DNA of 64,000 bases, taken from an uncultured Spirochaetales bacterium (lineage in GTDB: Bacteria; Spirochaetota; Spirochaetia; JAFGDJ01). Location of the stretch: contig CAYPIQ010000006.1 in the NCBI GenBank assembly GCA_964410865.1, positions 36,865-100,864 of the forward strand. The letters are read 5' to 3'. Each line of letters begins with the position of its first letter. Positions within the stretch are counted from its first letter, which is position 1. Shown in pieces: positions 9,836-19,718 of this stretch. A program made the position numbers and the translations under genes. The notes under the pieces were generated by a model. That model saw nothing but the letters and a program-made list of their open reading frames with translations, did no database searches and was not told where the DNA came from.

Positions 9836-10768
9836 CTATGATCGGCCGGCCCCGCATTCAGTTTTCGTCAAGCTTTCCACCACCGCCCGGTACGTATCAG
9901 TCAGGTCACCTAGGTTTTTTTCAAACAACCGCATCGACTCTTCATCCCGACTGAAGAAAATGCACGGCACCCTGTTCAGGGTATGGTTCCCGGTGGTGAT
10001 GTCCTCGGCGTTGCCGTGGTCGCTGACGATGAGCACGGCGTCCCGTTCCGGGTCGATTCTCTCAAGGACGCCGCTTAAAAAGCGGTTCAGTGTGTCCACG
10101 CAGGCGGCAATGTTTCCTCTGTCCCTTTTGTGACCGTACTTGTCCGTCATGAAATACTCGAAGATGATAAAATCGTACCCCTCCCAGGCGGCAAGGAGTC
10201 GTTTCGCGGCTTCTTCAGGGGTGATGATGGGGATGGGGAAGCCCCTCTGCTTTGCGAAATCACCGGTTATGTCGGCAAAAACAGCCCTTCCGGCGGTAAA
10301 ATCCTCCGGAAGTCGAAAGGGAACCTCCGCCGCCTTGATTGTAAGCGTGGTGGCGGAAAACATGTTCCTTCGGCGCCTGGCCCGAGCCTGGAAGTACTCC
10401 CTTGAATAAAGGTTTGCCGAGGTCACTTCTTTGCCGTGTTCCCGTAATACCCTCATGATGCTGTGTTCGGCTATAACCGGCAAAAGCCGCTGGTTGGGAA
10501 AGGCTGTTAGATGGAAGCCCAGCAGTTCCGGGGCGTTTATGCCTGTGAACAGGGAGGTTTGTCCGGTAGCCGACTGGGGAATACCGTCGACGCCCAGAAC
10601 GGCATCGGTGGGTATAATGACGCCACCGGGGAAACGAACGGGTTGGTCTATTTCGCAGAGGGATAAGCCGGTAAAGGGTTTGAACAACCCGGTTATCGGA
10701 TTTACCCCTTCTTTGCACCGGCCTAGGCCGATACCGTCTATAAAAAAGTAAAATAGTCGGCGTATCAT
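9836..10768 (-). CDS. Alkaline-phosphatase-superfamily metalloenzyme, short phosphopentomutase/iPGM-like
   Basis: The N-terminal 'FFIDGIGLG' matches DeoB 'LDSFGIGA', and the C-terminal metal-binding block 'VSDHGNAEDITTGNHTLNRVP' matches 'TADHG...HTREHIP'. The start overlaps the upstream DeoR gene stop (ATGA). Confidence 0.6.
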   Translation of the reverse strand: MIRRLFYFFIDGIGLGRCKEGVNPITGLFKPFTGLSLCEIDQPVRFPGGVIIPTDAVLGVDGIPQSATGQTSLFTGINAPELLGFHLTAFPNQRLLPVIAEHSIMRVLREHGKEVTSANLYSREYFQARARRRRNMFSATTLTIKAAEVPFRLPEDFTAGRAVFADITGDFAKQRGFPIPIITPEEAAKRLLAAWEGYDFIIFEYFMTDKYGHKRDRGNIAACVDTLNRFLSGVLERIDPERDAVLIVSDHGNAEDITTGNHTLNRVPCIFFSRDEESMRLFEKNLGDLTDTYRAVVESLTKTECGAGRS

Positions 10769-11571
10769 GAGGTAAAGTCCGGTTCGCCGCTGCCGGGATA
10801 CAGGTCGTAACCGTCCTGGTCCGCCGCGATGACTGCCACCCCGGCATCGGAGAATGCGCGGATAGTGTCAGGATTTACGGATTTTCCGGTTATGATAAAG
10901 TCGACCTCTTCCAGTGTGGCGAGTTTCCTCAGGGCTGTGCGGCCGAGCTTTTTGTGGTCGGCACAGGATATCATTTTTCGTTTGACCGCCGCTTCTTCCA
11001 TGGACCTTTCGCTTAAGCCGGTTTCAGCGGATACCCCGTCCAGGGAAAGAAACAGTCTGTCGGCATGGATGCCTGAAAAAAAGTCTTCCGCCGGAGGACC
11101 GGTACAGGAGTCCCCGGGCCCATGGACTATGCCCCCGGAAAGAATTACCGTAATGGACGGACGACCTTTCAGGATGCCCGCCACCTTCAGGGATGAAGTA
11201 ATAACCGTAATATGACTTTTTTTCGTTAGTTCCTCCGCCATGGGTATACTGACCAAACCCGAATCCAGGATAATCGTCTCGCCGCTCTGAACCCTGGAAG
11301 CGGCCGCCGCCGCCATGGACAGGTGCTGCGAAGTTATTTCGGAGACCGGCTCCGCACTCTGACCTGTTTCCTCTTTTAATACGGCTCCACCCTCTGTCCT
11401 GGGACAGAACCCCTGCTCCTCCAGGCGGATAAGGTCTCGCCGGATGGTATTCTCCGATATATCCGGAAGGCGACTGAACTCCGATACCCGGACGGCACCC
11501 CTTTCCAGAAGAATAGATCGTATCTTTTTGTGGCGTTCGAGCTGGAGGGGTTTGTGTTCATCCGCCGGCAT
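10765..11571 (-). CDS. DeoR-family transcriptional regulator (HTH plus sugar-phosphate-binding C-domain)
   Basis: A DeoR HTH 'IRSILLERGAVRVSEFSRLPDISENTIRRDLIRLEEQG' begins at an internal Met (CAT at 11569-11571 on the + strand). The ORF-track extension up to 11889 has no homologous content and is treated as non-coding. Confidence 0.8.
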   Translation of the reverse strand: MPADEHKPLQLERHKKIRSILLERGAVRVSEFSRLPDISENTIRRDLIRLEEQGFCPRTEGGAVLKEETGQSAEPVSEITSQHLSMAAAAASRVQSGETIILDSGLVSIPMAEELTKKSHITVITSSLKVAGILKGRPSITVILSGGIVHGPGDSCTGPPAEDFFSGIHADRLFLSLDGVSAETGLSERSMEEAAVKRKMISCADHKKLGRTALRKLATLEEVDFIITGKSVNPDTIRAFSDAGVAVIAADQDGYDLYPGSGEPDFTS

Positions 11572-11745
11572 ACAAGGAGTATAGGCTAAAAGGGTAAAAT
11601 GGAGCAAGGAGTATGGTGAAACATGATGCAATGGAGTGATAAATAATGAAAAATGCTTGATAAATGCTACTATATATTTGTTCATAATCACCATTAAAGG
11701 AGGAATGACCATTATGAGGTCCTCGCCGGCGTCCGACCGGATATC

Positions 11746-12342
11746 GTGCTCTGGCGAAACAGCGAATATATCAAGGATAACGAGATTAGCCTGGAGGCGA
11801 TGGATAAGGCTCTGGAGGATCTTCGGCGACGCGTGGGTGTTTCGACGGATAGGTATAATGATATTTTCCGGGCATATGCCCGGGATCATTTTTTACCTCT
11901 GCCCGGGGGTGCTTACCTGCGCCGGGATGAGCTGCAGGTAGTACCCGGAGTATTGTTTTTGTGGTCCTTCGGATGGAAGCTGAACGTTCTGTCCGCCGCC
12001 GAAGAGGAAGCGGTGACCCTGGGGTTAAGGGTTACCTTACTCAAGACGGTTCTCATGGGCCTGGCCGCGTATATAACTTCCCTCTGCGTTTCCGCCGTGG
12101 GGATTATCGCCTGGGTGGGGCTGATTATTCCCCATATTGCCAGGATGCTGATCGGTCCGGATCATCGGCGCCTTATACCCGCGGCTTCCCTCCTGGGAGC
12201 CGTGTTTATAGTATTCTGCGACACCCTTACCAGGGTACTTACCGACGGAGAGATACTAATTAGTATAATTACCGCGGTTACCGGCGCCCCGTATCTCTTC
12301 TTCCTGATACGAACCAACAGGAGAATCGGTTTTGCTTCATGA
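11746..12342 (+). pseudogene. C-terminal fragment of a FecCD-family (BtuC/FepD-like) ABC permease
   Basis: From about nt 11950 the translation matches the last third of FecCD permeases ('LNVLSAAEEEAVTLGLRV', 'GPDHRRLIPAASLLGAVFIVFCDTLTRVL', 'GAPYLFFLIR'). The N-terminal two thirds, an ATPase and a binding protein are absent, and the region upstream of about 11950 does not look permease-like. Confidence 0.55.
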
Positions 12343-12569
12343 AAGAAGTCTTCGACTCGAAAACTGCACTTTTATCTATTCCAACGGAACTGCAGCCGTA
12401 GTACATACATCGGGGTAATTCCCCGCCGGCAGCCTTACCGCCCTGGATGTTCACCACCAGCTCGGTATATGGCGGCTCCTGGGGGACCGGCGGACCGGGA
12501 TTAGCACCAGGGGGGCTAAAATATAGACACCAAAATTTAAAGATTTTTAAAAAATTCGTTATTTAATAC

Positions 12570-12598
12570 TTGACAGAAGGCTCTTTTCTCTTTAATGT
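12570..12598 (+). promoter_or_regulatory. Sigma70-like promoter (TTGACA-N17-TAATGT) upstream of trpB2
   Basis: TTGACA lies at 12570-12575 and TAATGT at 12593-12598, inside an AT-rich region 80 to 110 nt upstream of the start codon. Confidence 0.4.
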
Positions 12599-12614
12599 TT
12601 CTTCTAATAGTAAC

Positions 12615-12632
12615 GTTTCTATAAATAGAAAC
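12615..12632 (+). promoter_or_regulatory. Perfect 18-bp palindrome GTTTCTATAAATAGAAAC (operator-like) between the promoter and the RBS of trpB2
   Basis: The sequence gtttctat|aa|atagaaac is a perfect inverted repeat, seen directly in the sequence. Confidence 0.45.
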
Positions 12633-12679
12633 AATCAGACGGAAATTCCGTCACATTACTACGTACGAGGAGGATTTGG

Positions 12680-14062
12680 ATGTCAGTCAAAATATTTTTA
12701 CAGGAAGACGAGATGCCGAAGAAATGGTACAACCTGGCTGCAGATCTGCCCCACCCCCCGCAGCCCCCGCTCGGTCCGGACGGGAACCCCATCACCCCCG
12801 ATATGCTCTCGGCGGTATTCCCGATGAATCTCATTGAGCAGGAGGTGAGTACGGAGAGGTGGATAGATATTCCGGAAAAGGTCCTGGAGATTCTCTATCG
12901 CTGGCGTCCGAGCCCCCTTCATCGGGCAACATTTCTTGAAGAAGAGCTGAAAACACCTGCGCGAATTTATTTCAAGAATGAGAGCCTGTCCCCGGCGGGG
13001 AGCCACAAGCCAAATACGGCGGTTGCCCAGGCGTACTACAACAAAGAATTCGGAATTAAGAAGCTCACCACCGAGACCGGTGCAGGACAATGGGGTAGTG
13101 CCCTGGCGTTTGCCTGTGCTCTTCTGGGGCTTGAGTGCAAGGTGTATATGGTACGGATCAGCTATGACCAAAAGCCCTTCAGAAAGCTGCTGATGCAGAC
13201 CTGGGGAGCCACGTGTATTGCCAGTCCAAGTGATCAGACACAGGCAGGCAGAGATATCCTGGCAAGGGATCCGAATACTCCGGGAAGCCTGGGTATAGCC
13301 ATCAGCGAGGCTATTGAAGAGGCGGTCTCCGACCCTTCCGGGCAAACGAGATACTCCCTGGGAAGTGTTCTGAATCATGTCATGCTGCACCAGTCGATTA
13401 TCGGACTGGAGACCAAGAAACAGCTTGAAAAATTCGGAGAAAGAAAAACCGACATAGTTATCGGATGCGCCGGGGGCGGAAGCAATTTCGCCGGCCTTGC
13501 CTTTCCTTTCCTGGCGGATAAAATCGCCGGTGACGAGGTGACCGTAATACCCGTTGAACCGACCTCATGCCCGACCATGACCAGAGCCCCTTATGCTTAC
13601 GATCATGGTGACGTGGCTAAAATGACGCCCCTTCTGCCTATGCATTCCCTGGGGCATGAATTCATACCGCCTCCTATTCACGCCGGTGGATTGAGATATC
13701 ACGGTATGTCCCCCCTGGTTTCCCAGGCTATTATGGAAGGTCTCCTCGAGCCGAGGGCTTTACACCAGCTCGAATGCTATGAGGCGGCGGTTACCTTTGC
13801 CAGAACAGAAGGCATTGTTGTTGCACCGGAAACAAGCCACGCGGTGGCGGCAGCCATCCAGGAGGCGAAGAAAGCAAGAGAAGAAGGTAAAGAAAAGGTT
13901 ATTGTCTTTAATCTTTCCGGTCACGGCATGTTGGACCTGGCGGGTTACGAAGCCTATTTCCAGGGCAAACTCCACGATTACGCCCTGCCGGAGGAAGAAT
14001 TGGCCAAATCTACCCGGATACTCGAATCGTATCCGAAGCCCCGGGTACCGGTGGGAACCTGA
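12680..14062 (+). CDS. trpB: TrpB-like PLP-dependent enzyme (tryptophan synthase beta chain type 2, TrpB2)
   Basis: The PLP-lysine region '[19 protein letters not shown]' and the 460-aa length are typical of TrpB2, and a strong RBS 'gaggagg' precedes the gene. No trpA is adjacent. Confidence 0.85.
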   Translation: MSVKIFLQEDEMPKKWYNLAADLPHPPQPPLGPDGNPITPDMLSAVFPMNLIEQEVSTERWIDIPEKVLEILYRWRPSPLHRATFLEEELKTPARIYFKNESLSPAGSHKPNTAVAQAYYNKEFGIKKLTTETGAGQWGSALAFACALLGLECKVYMVRISYDQKPFRKLLMQTWGATCIASPSDQTQAGRDILARDPNTPGSLGIAISEAIEEAVSDPSGQTRYSLGSVLNHVMLHQSIIGLETKKQLEKFGERKTDIVIGCAGGGSNFAGLAFPFLADKIAGDEVTVIPVEPTSCPTMTRAPYAYDHGDVAKMTPLLPMHSLGHEFIPPPIHAGGLRYHGMSPLVSQAIMEGLLEPRALHQLECYEAAVTFARTEGIVVAPETSHAVAAAIQEAKKAREEGKEKVIVFNLSGHGMLDLAGYEAYFQGKLHDYALPEEELAKSTRILESYPKPRVPVGT

Positions 14063-14085
14063 AGTGGTTTTAGAATCCTATGATA

Positions 14086-14131
14086 ACCTGATGACCTACT
14101 GCAGCATGCTCGGTCATCAGGTGCCCTTTTC
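14086..14131 (+). terminator. Rho-independent terminator after trpB2
   Basis: An 11-bp stem 'acctgatgacc'/'ggtcatcaggt' is followed by 'gccctttt'. Confidence 0.6.
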
Positions 14132-14392
14132 CTATTGCAGGAGACCCGGGAGCAACACACCCTGTTCCTGGATTTTTAGCTGCCGGCGCGGAGCGATTCC
14201 GGAAGTAGCGTTGTGCGGATACCAGGAAGCCTGTTCCTCCTCAAGGCCGAAGAAGAGCCGCATGGACATGATCCTTCAGGCTGTAGAATTGGCAAAAAGC
14301 CGCTAGAGCGAAATTCAGCCGGTGGGGATTAGCGGGAACCGGTTCGGCACTCATTATTCATGTCCTAGGTCTCATGAGGGACCGTCGGTCGC

Positions 14393-16228
14393 TTATATCT
14401 CCATCTCTTCGGTTATCTCGGCTTTTTCGAACTGCAGGCTGTACAGGCGATGGTAGAAGCCCCCGGCGTCCATGAGCGTTTGGTGTGTTCCTTCTTCGAT
14501 AATACGGTGATTGTGCAGCACAATAACCTTGTCCGCGTTTTTTATAGTCGACAGGCGATGGGCGATAATAAAACTCGTCTTATCCTCCATAAGGCGGGAA
14601 AGCCCCTTTTGAATACGTTCTTCGGTAACACTGTCGACGCTGCTCGTTGCTTCATCCAGGATGAGAATTCGCGGGTTGGACAGCACCGTCCTGGCGATAG
14701 CCAAAAGTTGCCGTTCTCCCTGCGAAAGATTGAGTCCACGTTCGGAAAGAACGGTATCAAATTTGTCCGGTAATCTGGTAATAAAATGATGGGCTTCTGA
14801 GAGTATACATGCTTCCATCAATTCTTCTTCTGTTGCCCCCGGTCGCCCGTAGAGAAGGTTTTCGCGAATACTGGAAGCAAAGAAAAAGGGTTCCTGAAGC
14901 ACAACGCCCATGGACGACCTGAGAGTTTTTTTCGGGAACTCCCGGATATCCACCCCATCCACAGTAATCGAACCGGAATCGACATCGTAAAAACGCGAGA
15001 GCAGATTGATCAGTGTTGTTTTGCCGGCACCTGTAGGCCCTACTACCGCAATCACTTTTCCGGGTTCCGCCGTTAGACTTATATCCTCGAGGACGGGTTT
15101 GTTCGGGGAATACCGGAAGGACACATGAGAGAAATCCACCTTTCCTTGTATGCCGTCGGTCGCCGCCGGTTGGGTCGGTTCCGGAATAATTATATCCGAA
15201 TCCAGGATATTGAATACTCGTTCGGCTCCAGCCAGGGCTGTTTGGAAGATATTGTAGATCCCGGCTATGCGCTGGATGGGCTGGAAAAACCTGCGGGCAT
15301 AGACAATAAAGGCGGATATGAGTCCTACCGAATAGACTTCCGGATTCCTGACGCCCATGATGCCGCCGAAACCGATAATACATGCTATGGCCAGGGCATT
15401 CATGAAGAGCATAATCGGTGTCATAAGGTAACTGATCGTTTCCATACGCACACCGGCGTCCCGGGCTTTTGCGTTGATATCTTCATATTTTTCATACTCT
15501 TCTTCTTCCCTGTGGAAGCTCTGGATCACCTTCATGCCCGTTACCCCTTCCTCGATAGCTCCTGTCAGTGCGCCGATCTGTTTCTGGTTCTCCAGGGCTG
15601 CTTTTCTGACGCGTTTACCGATAATTAACACCGCCACGGCCATTAATGGAGCGGTAATGAGAACCGCGCCGGAAAGGAGAAGATTGAGAGACAACATTGC
15701 CACCAGGATTCCGATGAGGGTAAAAATAGCATTGGCAGCCTGGGACAGACCGCTGCTCAAAAAGTTCTGAATCGTTTCTATATCGTTGGTAAGCCGGGAG
15801 ATAACGTCTCCGGTCTGTGAAGAGTCGAAGAATGAAATAGAAAGCTTCTGGATGTGCTCGAAGGCCTCTTTACGCAGCTTGAAGATCAGTCGATTCGTCA
15901 TGATACTGATAAACACGCCGCTTATCGCATTGGCTACGAAAGCACCGAGATATACCCCCAGGAGGACGAGCATCTCCCGGACGAACTGGGTCAAATCAAG
16001 GTCCCGTTCCAGATGATCGGTAATTGCCTTTCCGAGCATAGCAGGTGCTATCGTGTTCAAAGCAACCTGCACGAGTATGAAAATAAGCGCCACCGCCAGG
16101 AAGACCTGCTCTCCCCGGAGGTACGAAACCATTCTGCGAAGCGATTTTCCGAGATTCTTTGGCTTTTCTATCCTGTGACCGTGCCCCCCGGGTCCCGGAC
16201 CTCTTCTACTGTTTCTCCCGTCGCTCAT
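14393..16228 (-). CDS. ABC exporter, fused permease-ATPase half-transporter (MsbA/LmrA-like)
   Basis: A six-helix transmembrane domain is followed by an NBD with Walker A 'GPTGAGKTT', signature 'LSQGERQ', Walker B 'ILILDEATS' and an H-loop; the length is 611 aa. Confidence 0.9.
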   Translation of the reverse strand: MSDGRNSRRGPGPGGHGHRIEKPKNLGKSLRRMVSYLRGEQVFLAVALIFILVQVALNTIAPAMLGKAITDHLERDLDLTQFVREMLVLLGVYLGAFVANAISGVFISIMTNRLIFKLRKEAFEHIQKLSISFFDSSQTGDVISRLTNDIETIQNFLSSGLSQAANAIFTLIGILVAMLSLNLLLSGAVLITAPLMAVAVLIIGKRVRKAALENQKQIGALTGAIEEGVTGMKVIQSFHREEEEYEKYEDINAKARDAGVRMETISYLMTPIMLFMNALAIACIIGFGGIMGVRNPEVYSVGLISAFIVYARRFFQPIQRIAGIYNIFQTALAGAERVFNILDSDIIIPEPTQPAATDGIQGKVDFSHVSFRYSPNKPVLEDISLTAEPGKVIAVVGPTGAGKTTLINLLSRFYDVDSGSITVDGVDIREFPKKTLRSSMGVVLQEPFFFASSIRENLLYGRPGATEEELMEACILSEAHHFITRLPDKFDTVLSERGLNLSQGERQLLAIARTVLSNPRILILDEATSSVDSVTEERIQKGLSRLMEDKTSFIIAHRLSTIKNADKVIVLHNHRIIEEGTHQTLMDAGGFYHRLYSLQFEKAEITEEMEI

Positions 16229-16239
16229 CCCTCTTTCCC

Positions 16240-17988
16240 TTATACGTGCGCGTTCTGGGTGCGCTCAATTTCGCTGTACAGCTCACTGGTTTGCAGCAGT
16301 TCTTCATGGGTTCCCGAATTCACAATCCTTCCCCGATCCATAACATAGATACGATCCGCCCTTCTCACGGCATTGACCTTCTGGCTGATGATAATAACGG
16401 TGGAATCTCGTGCCTGGTTATAGATGTTTTTTACAAGACGGGATTCGGTCTTCATGTCCAATGCGGATGTTACGTCGTCGAGCACCAGGATCCCCGGTTT
16501 CGCCAGAAGGGCACGGGCAACGGCAACTCGTTGACGCTGCCCGCCGGAAAGATTCATTCCCCGGGTCCCGACCTCTTCATCCCAGGCATTATCTTTCTCC
16601 AGGATAAATTCCTCTGCACATGCCGACCGGGCTGCCGCATATATTTCCTCAAGCGATGCTTCCGGACGTCCGAACCGTATGTTATCTATAATGGAGCCGT
16701 TGAACAGGACTGTTTCCTGCAGGGCTACGGTCACACAGGTTCTGACCGACCGAAGGGTGAGGTCCCGTACGTCGGAGCCGTCGAGAAGTACTGCCCCGTC
16801 GGTAACGTCGTAATACCGGGCTGCAAGATTGGCCAGGGTCGTTTTCCCTGAACCTGTTGTACCGATGATGCCGATGCGTTCCCCCGGTTCTATGGCTAAT
16901 TCGATATTCTGGACGGCGCATTCGCCGCTGCCGTAATGAAAGCTCACGTTTTTGAATTCCAGACGGCCGGGTAATCCCGGTCTGTCCAGGGCACTTGGTT
17001 TTTCACCCAGGGCGGGCTTTTCGGCCAGAAGCTCGCAGATACGTTTTGCCGAGGCCGAGGCCATGGCCATAAAATTGAGGACCATGGCGAGCATCAGGAT
17101 AGGGAAAACGGCCAGCATGGCATAGTTATTGAAGGCCAGCAATTGTCCCAGGGTTAAACCGGTTGTCCGCCCGTTATGGAGAAATCCCTGGCCGACGTGG
17201 ATTCCTCCTATCCAGGTAGCCGTAAGCAAGGCCAGGTTACCGATGAGCATGAGAAGGGGCATGAGAATGCCGATAATGATCCCCACTTTGAGGGAGACGG
17301 CATAGAACTCGTTGTTTTTCTCTGCAAATTTTTGTTTTTCTTCTTCCTGGCGGGAAAAAGCCCGGATAAGCTTTGCTCCTGCCAGGTTTTCCTGTAGTAC
17401 ATTATTCAGTCGGTCAAGGGCTTCTCTCACTTTAACAAAGAGGGGCCTGACAAATCGGGCGACGATAAAAAACAGCAGTAGTGTTCCAAGCATCAAAGCG
17501 GCCATATACGTAGCCAGACGAGTATCGATCAGGTACATACCGATAATTGCCCCGATGATCATAAAAAGAGACTGGAAGAGCATAAGGATGCCCATCCGCA
17601 CGAACATCCGTATCATGTTGACGTCGGAATTCATCCGGACCATGAGTTCGCCCGTTCGCCAGGCATCAAAGTTGGAAAAGGAAAAGGATGATACTTTTTT
17701 GTAGAGTTCGTTCCGGAGGTCATAACTCATTCCCTGGGCGCTGAGGATAAGGAATCGGCCGCTTGTAAACCCCGCCATACTTGCTATGGCGCCCAGTACG
17801 ATGAAACCTGCCGCGGTCAGGAGGATGAAACGAATATTTTCACTCAGTATTCCACGGTCTACGGCTAACTGTATCAGATTCGGCTGGAGCAACATGATAC
17901 CCGTAGACATGAGCAAAAAGAGTACCGAAAGTACGAGTTTCCCCGAGTAGGGTTTAAGGTGCTCGAAGATGCGTAAGAGGTTTTTCAT
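16240..17988 (-). CDS. ABC exporter, fused permease-ATPase half-transporter (heterodimer partner)
   Basis: The NBD carries 'GTTGSGKTT', 'LSGGQRQR' and 'ILVLDDVTS'; it is adjacent to, and in the same orientation as, the preceding half-transporter. Confidence 0.9.
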   Translation of the reverse strand: MKNLLRIFEHLKPYSGKLVLSVLFLLMSTGIMLLQPNLIQLAVDRGILSENIRFILLTAAGFIVLGAIASMAGFTSGRFLILSAQGMSYDLRNELYKKVSSFSFSNFDAWRTGELMVRMNSDVNMIRMFVRMGILMLFQSLFMIIGAIIGMYLIDTRLATYMAALMLGTLLLFFIVARFVRPLFVKVREALDRLNNVLQENLAGAKLIRAFSRQEEEKQKFAEKNNEFYAVSLKVGIIIGILMPLLMLIGNLALLTATWIGGIHVGQGFLHNGRTTGLTLGQLLAFNNYAMLAVFPILMLAMVLNFMAMASASAKRICELLAEKPALGEKPSALDRPGLPGRLEFKNVSFHYGSGECAVQNIELAIEPGERIGIIGTTGSGKTTLANLAARYYDVTDGAVLLDGSDVRDLTLRSVRTCVTVALQETVLFNGSIIDNIRFGRPEASLEEIYAAARSACAEEFILEKDNAWDEEVGTRGMNLSGGQRQRVAVARALLAKPGILVLDDVTSALDMKTESRLVKNIYNQARDSTVIIISQKVNAVRRADRIYVMDRGRIVNSGTHEELLQTSELYSEIERTQNAHV

Positions 17989-18076
17989 TTTAATTTATTG
18001 ACACGCTGCAAAACGATGTTCATTATGTTTATACTGTAACCGTGTTGTCCGGTAGAATTAATATACGGAGATATCC

Positions 18077-18619
18077 ATGGAAAGTAAAGTATCCTGTGTA
18101 AAACGTTTTAAATGGTACTTCGCCTGGCAGGATAGGGAGGAATGTGCCTGGTTCGAGGAGATGTCAAAAAAGGGATACCACCTGAAAAGTACTTTTTTCG
18201 GCCTTTATACCTTTTGCCCCGGCAAGCCCGGTGAGTATGTCTACAGGATTGATTTCTGTGACGTCAGGAGAAACTTTTCCCGAGTGGAGGCAATCGAAAA
18301 GACCGGGTGGGAACGTGCCGCCGTATTCGGCAGCTGGGTGTATTACCGGGGCAGACCGGAATCCGCCGATCCTTATCCTTTTTTCGACTCTCCCGCTGCG
18401 AGAAGGGAACATTACAAAGCCGTATTAAAGGCTGTTCTGTTTCCGGGGCTTCCGCTCTTTTTATATTTTCCGTTGTTGTCCTTGCCCGTGCGACGGAGAA
18501 TGGGAGGCAGTGTCCCTCTCCTGGTTCTCGATCTTATTATTATACTGGCCATGGTTTTTGTCGTTTTTGGAACCATCAAGCTTCGTAAGAGGGTCAAAGC
18601 ACTTGACAACACCGGTTAG
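18077..18619 (+). CDS. Hypothetical membrane protein (DUF2812-like architecture)
   Basis: A soluble N-terminal domain ('KRFKWYFAWQDREECAWFEEMSKKGYHLKSTFFGLYTF') is followed by two C-terminal transmembrane helices, and no catalytic motif was recognised. Confidence 0.45.
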   Translation: MESKVSCVKRFKWYFAWQDREECAWFEEMSKKGYHLKSTFFGLYTFCPGKPGEYVYRIDFCDVRRNFSRVEAIEKTGWERAAVFGSWVYYRGRPESADPYPFFDSPAARREHYKAVLKAVLFPGLPLFLYFPLLSLPVRRRMGGSVPLLVLDLIIILAMVFVVFGTIKLRKRVKALDNTG

Positions 18620-18785
18620 TGTGCCGGGAGTTCGGAAAAGGACGTTTAGCATGTGGCTATGTACAGGTCTAAAATGGAAGGAAGAAACAGGACAACGATA
18701 TTCAGCGGAGAAATTTGAGGTTCATTCGTTTCCGAGGAAGAACATCAAGAGCCTGGAAAGGCCGTCAATCCGTTTCCAGTTCAAT

Positions 18786-19276
18786 TTATAGGTTATGTTC
18801 CTGTTGTCCTCTCAGCCCGAATTCCTGCTCGGAAATCAGCTTGAGAATCTGAAGACGTTTATTGTCTCCCAGGGCACGGGCAATCCGGAGGGCGTCTTTT
18901 CCCGCCTCTTCCTTGGACTGTTCATATGCCGTGTTGCGTTTGCAGTCGTAGAGTATGGTAATATTCCCGTACCCAAAGTATTTCACATCCGAACTGAAAG
19001 GATGGTACACGGGGATATACCGTATTACCGAGTAGGGTACACCCTCCGGGACCTGTGGGGGGAGTTTTTTACCGGATTTTCCCGGGTTACTTCTTCCGGG
19101 AGAAGCTCACGGGGATACAATCTACCGAGGAGATAAAATGCCGGGTCCTTCGTACTCATGGTTCGTACCCATTCGATAAAACCGGGTACATCATGGTGGT
19201 CCGGGTAATCCACGGTCAGTTCTATAAAGGCTGTTCCCAGCTGATACTGCTCGGCGAATTTCTTGAGCGATTCCAT
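18786..19276 (-). pseudogene. Two out-of-frame ORF pieces; the downstream piece carries an ArsR/SmtB-like HTH start that terminates prematurely
   Basis: The piece 'DALRIARALGDNKRLQILKLISEQEF' matches the ArsR pattern 'ALxDxxRLxILxLL' but stops before the recognition helix, and the upstream 83-aa ORF is in a different frame. Confidence 0.3.
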
Positions 19277-19288
19277 GTGTTCAATAAT

Positions 19289-19705
19289 TCATGATTTTCT
19301 TTTTTGAAAAAGGATGTATTTCCGGGCATAAAAATTCCAGAAAAATACCGTGGATCCGCTTATGATTTTGGAAACGAGATAATGGATTCCGACAGTCTCC
19401 GTAAAGAACCACAGTATCAGTGAATTCAGTCCTACCCCTATGGTACCCACTGCGAAAAAAAGAAAGTATTCCACCATCTTCCTGCGGATGGCCCGGTAGG
19501 GGAAGATCCAGGTTACCGAGAGAATATAGGTAATGTTGGTCCCGACGTAGAAACCGACACACGCGGAGATCTGGTAGTGTATGCCGAAGACCTCGGTCAG
19601 AAAGGCGAGAATGCCGAAATCAACACAGTAGGCGATAAAGCTTGCCGGGACCGCTTTGGATAGATAGGGGAAAAGTAGCATGATCCGCCGTATTGTGCCC
19701 TTCAT
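19289..19705 (-). CDS. GtrA-family membrane protein (polyisoprenol-linked sugar translocation)
   Basis: A 138-aa protein with four transmembrane helices and the GtrA-like blocks 'ASFIAYCVDFGILAFL' and 'SKIISGSTVFFWNFYARKYILF'. Confidence 0.75.
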   Translation of the reverse strand: MKGTIRRIMLLFPYLSKAVPASFIAYCVDFGILAFLTEVFGIHYQISACVGFYVGTNITYILSVTWIFPYRAIRRKMVEYFLFFAVGTIGVGLNSLILWFFTETVGIHYLVSKIISGSTVFFWNFYARKYILFQKRKS

Positions 19706-19718
19706 TACCTGTGTTCTA

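Noticed and set aside
10765-11889. 374-aa version of the DeoR regulator from the ORF track
   Set aside because: The first roughly 106 residues have no DeoR homology. A conserved HTH follows the internal Met, and the region upstream is AT-rich promoter-like DNA.
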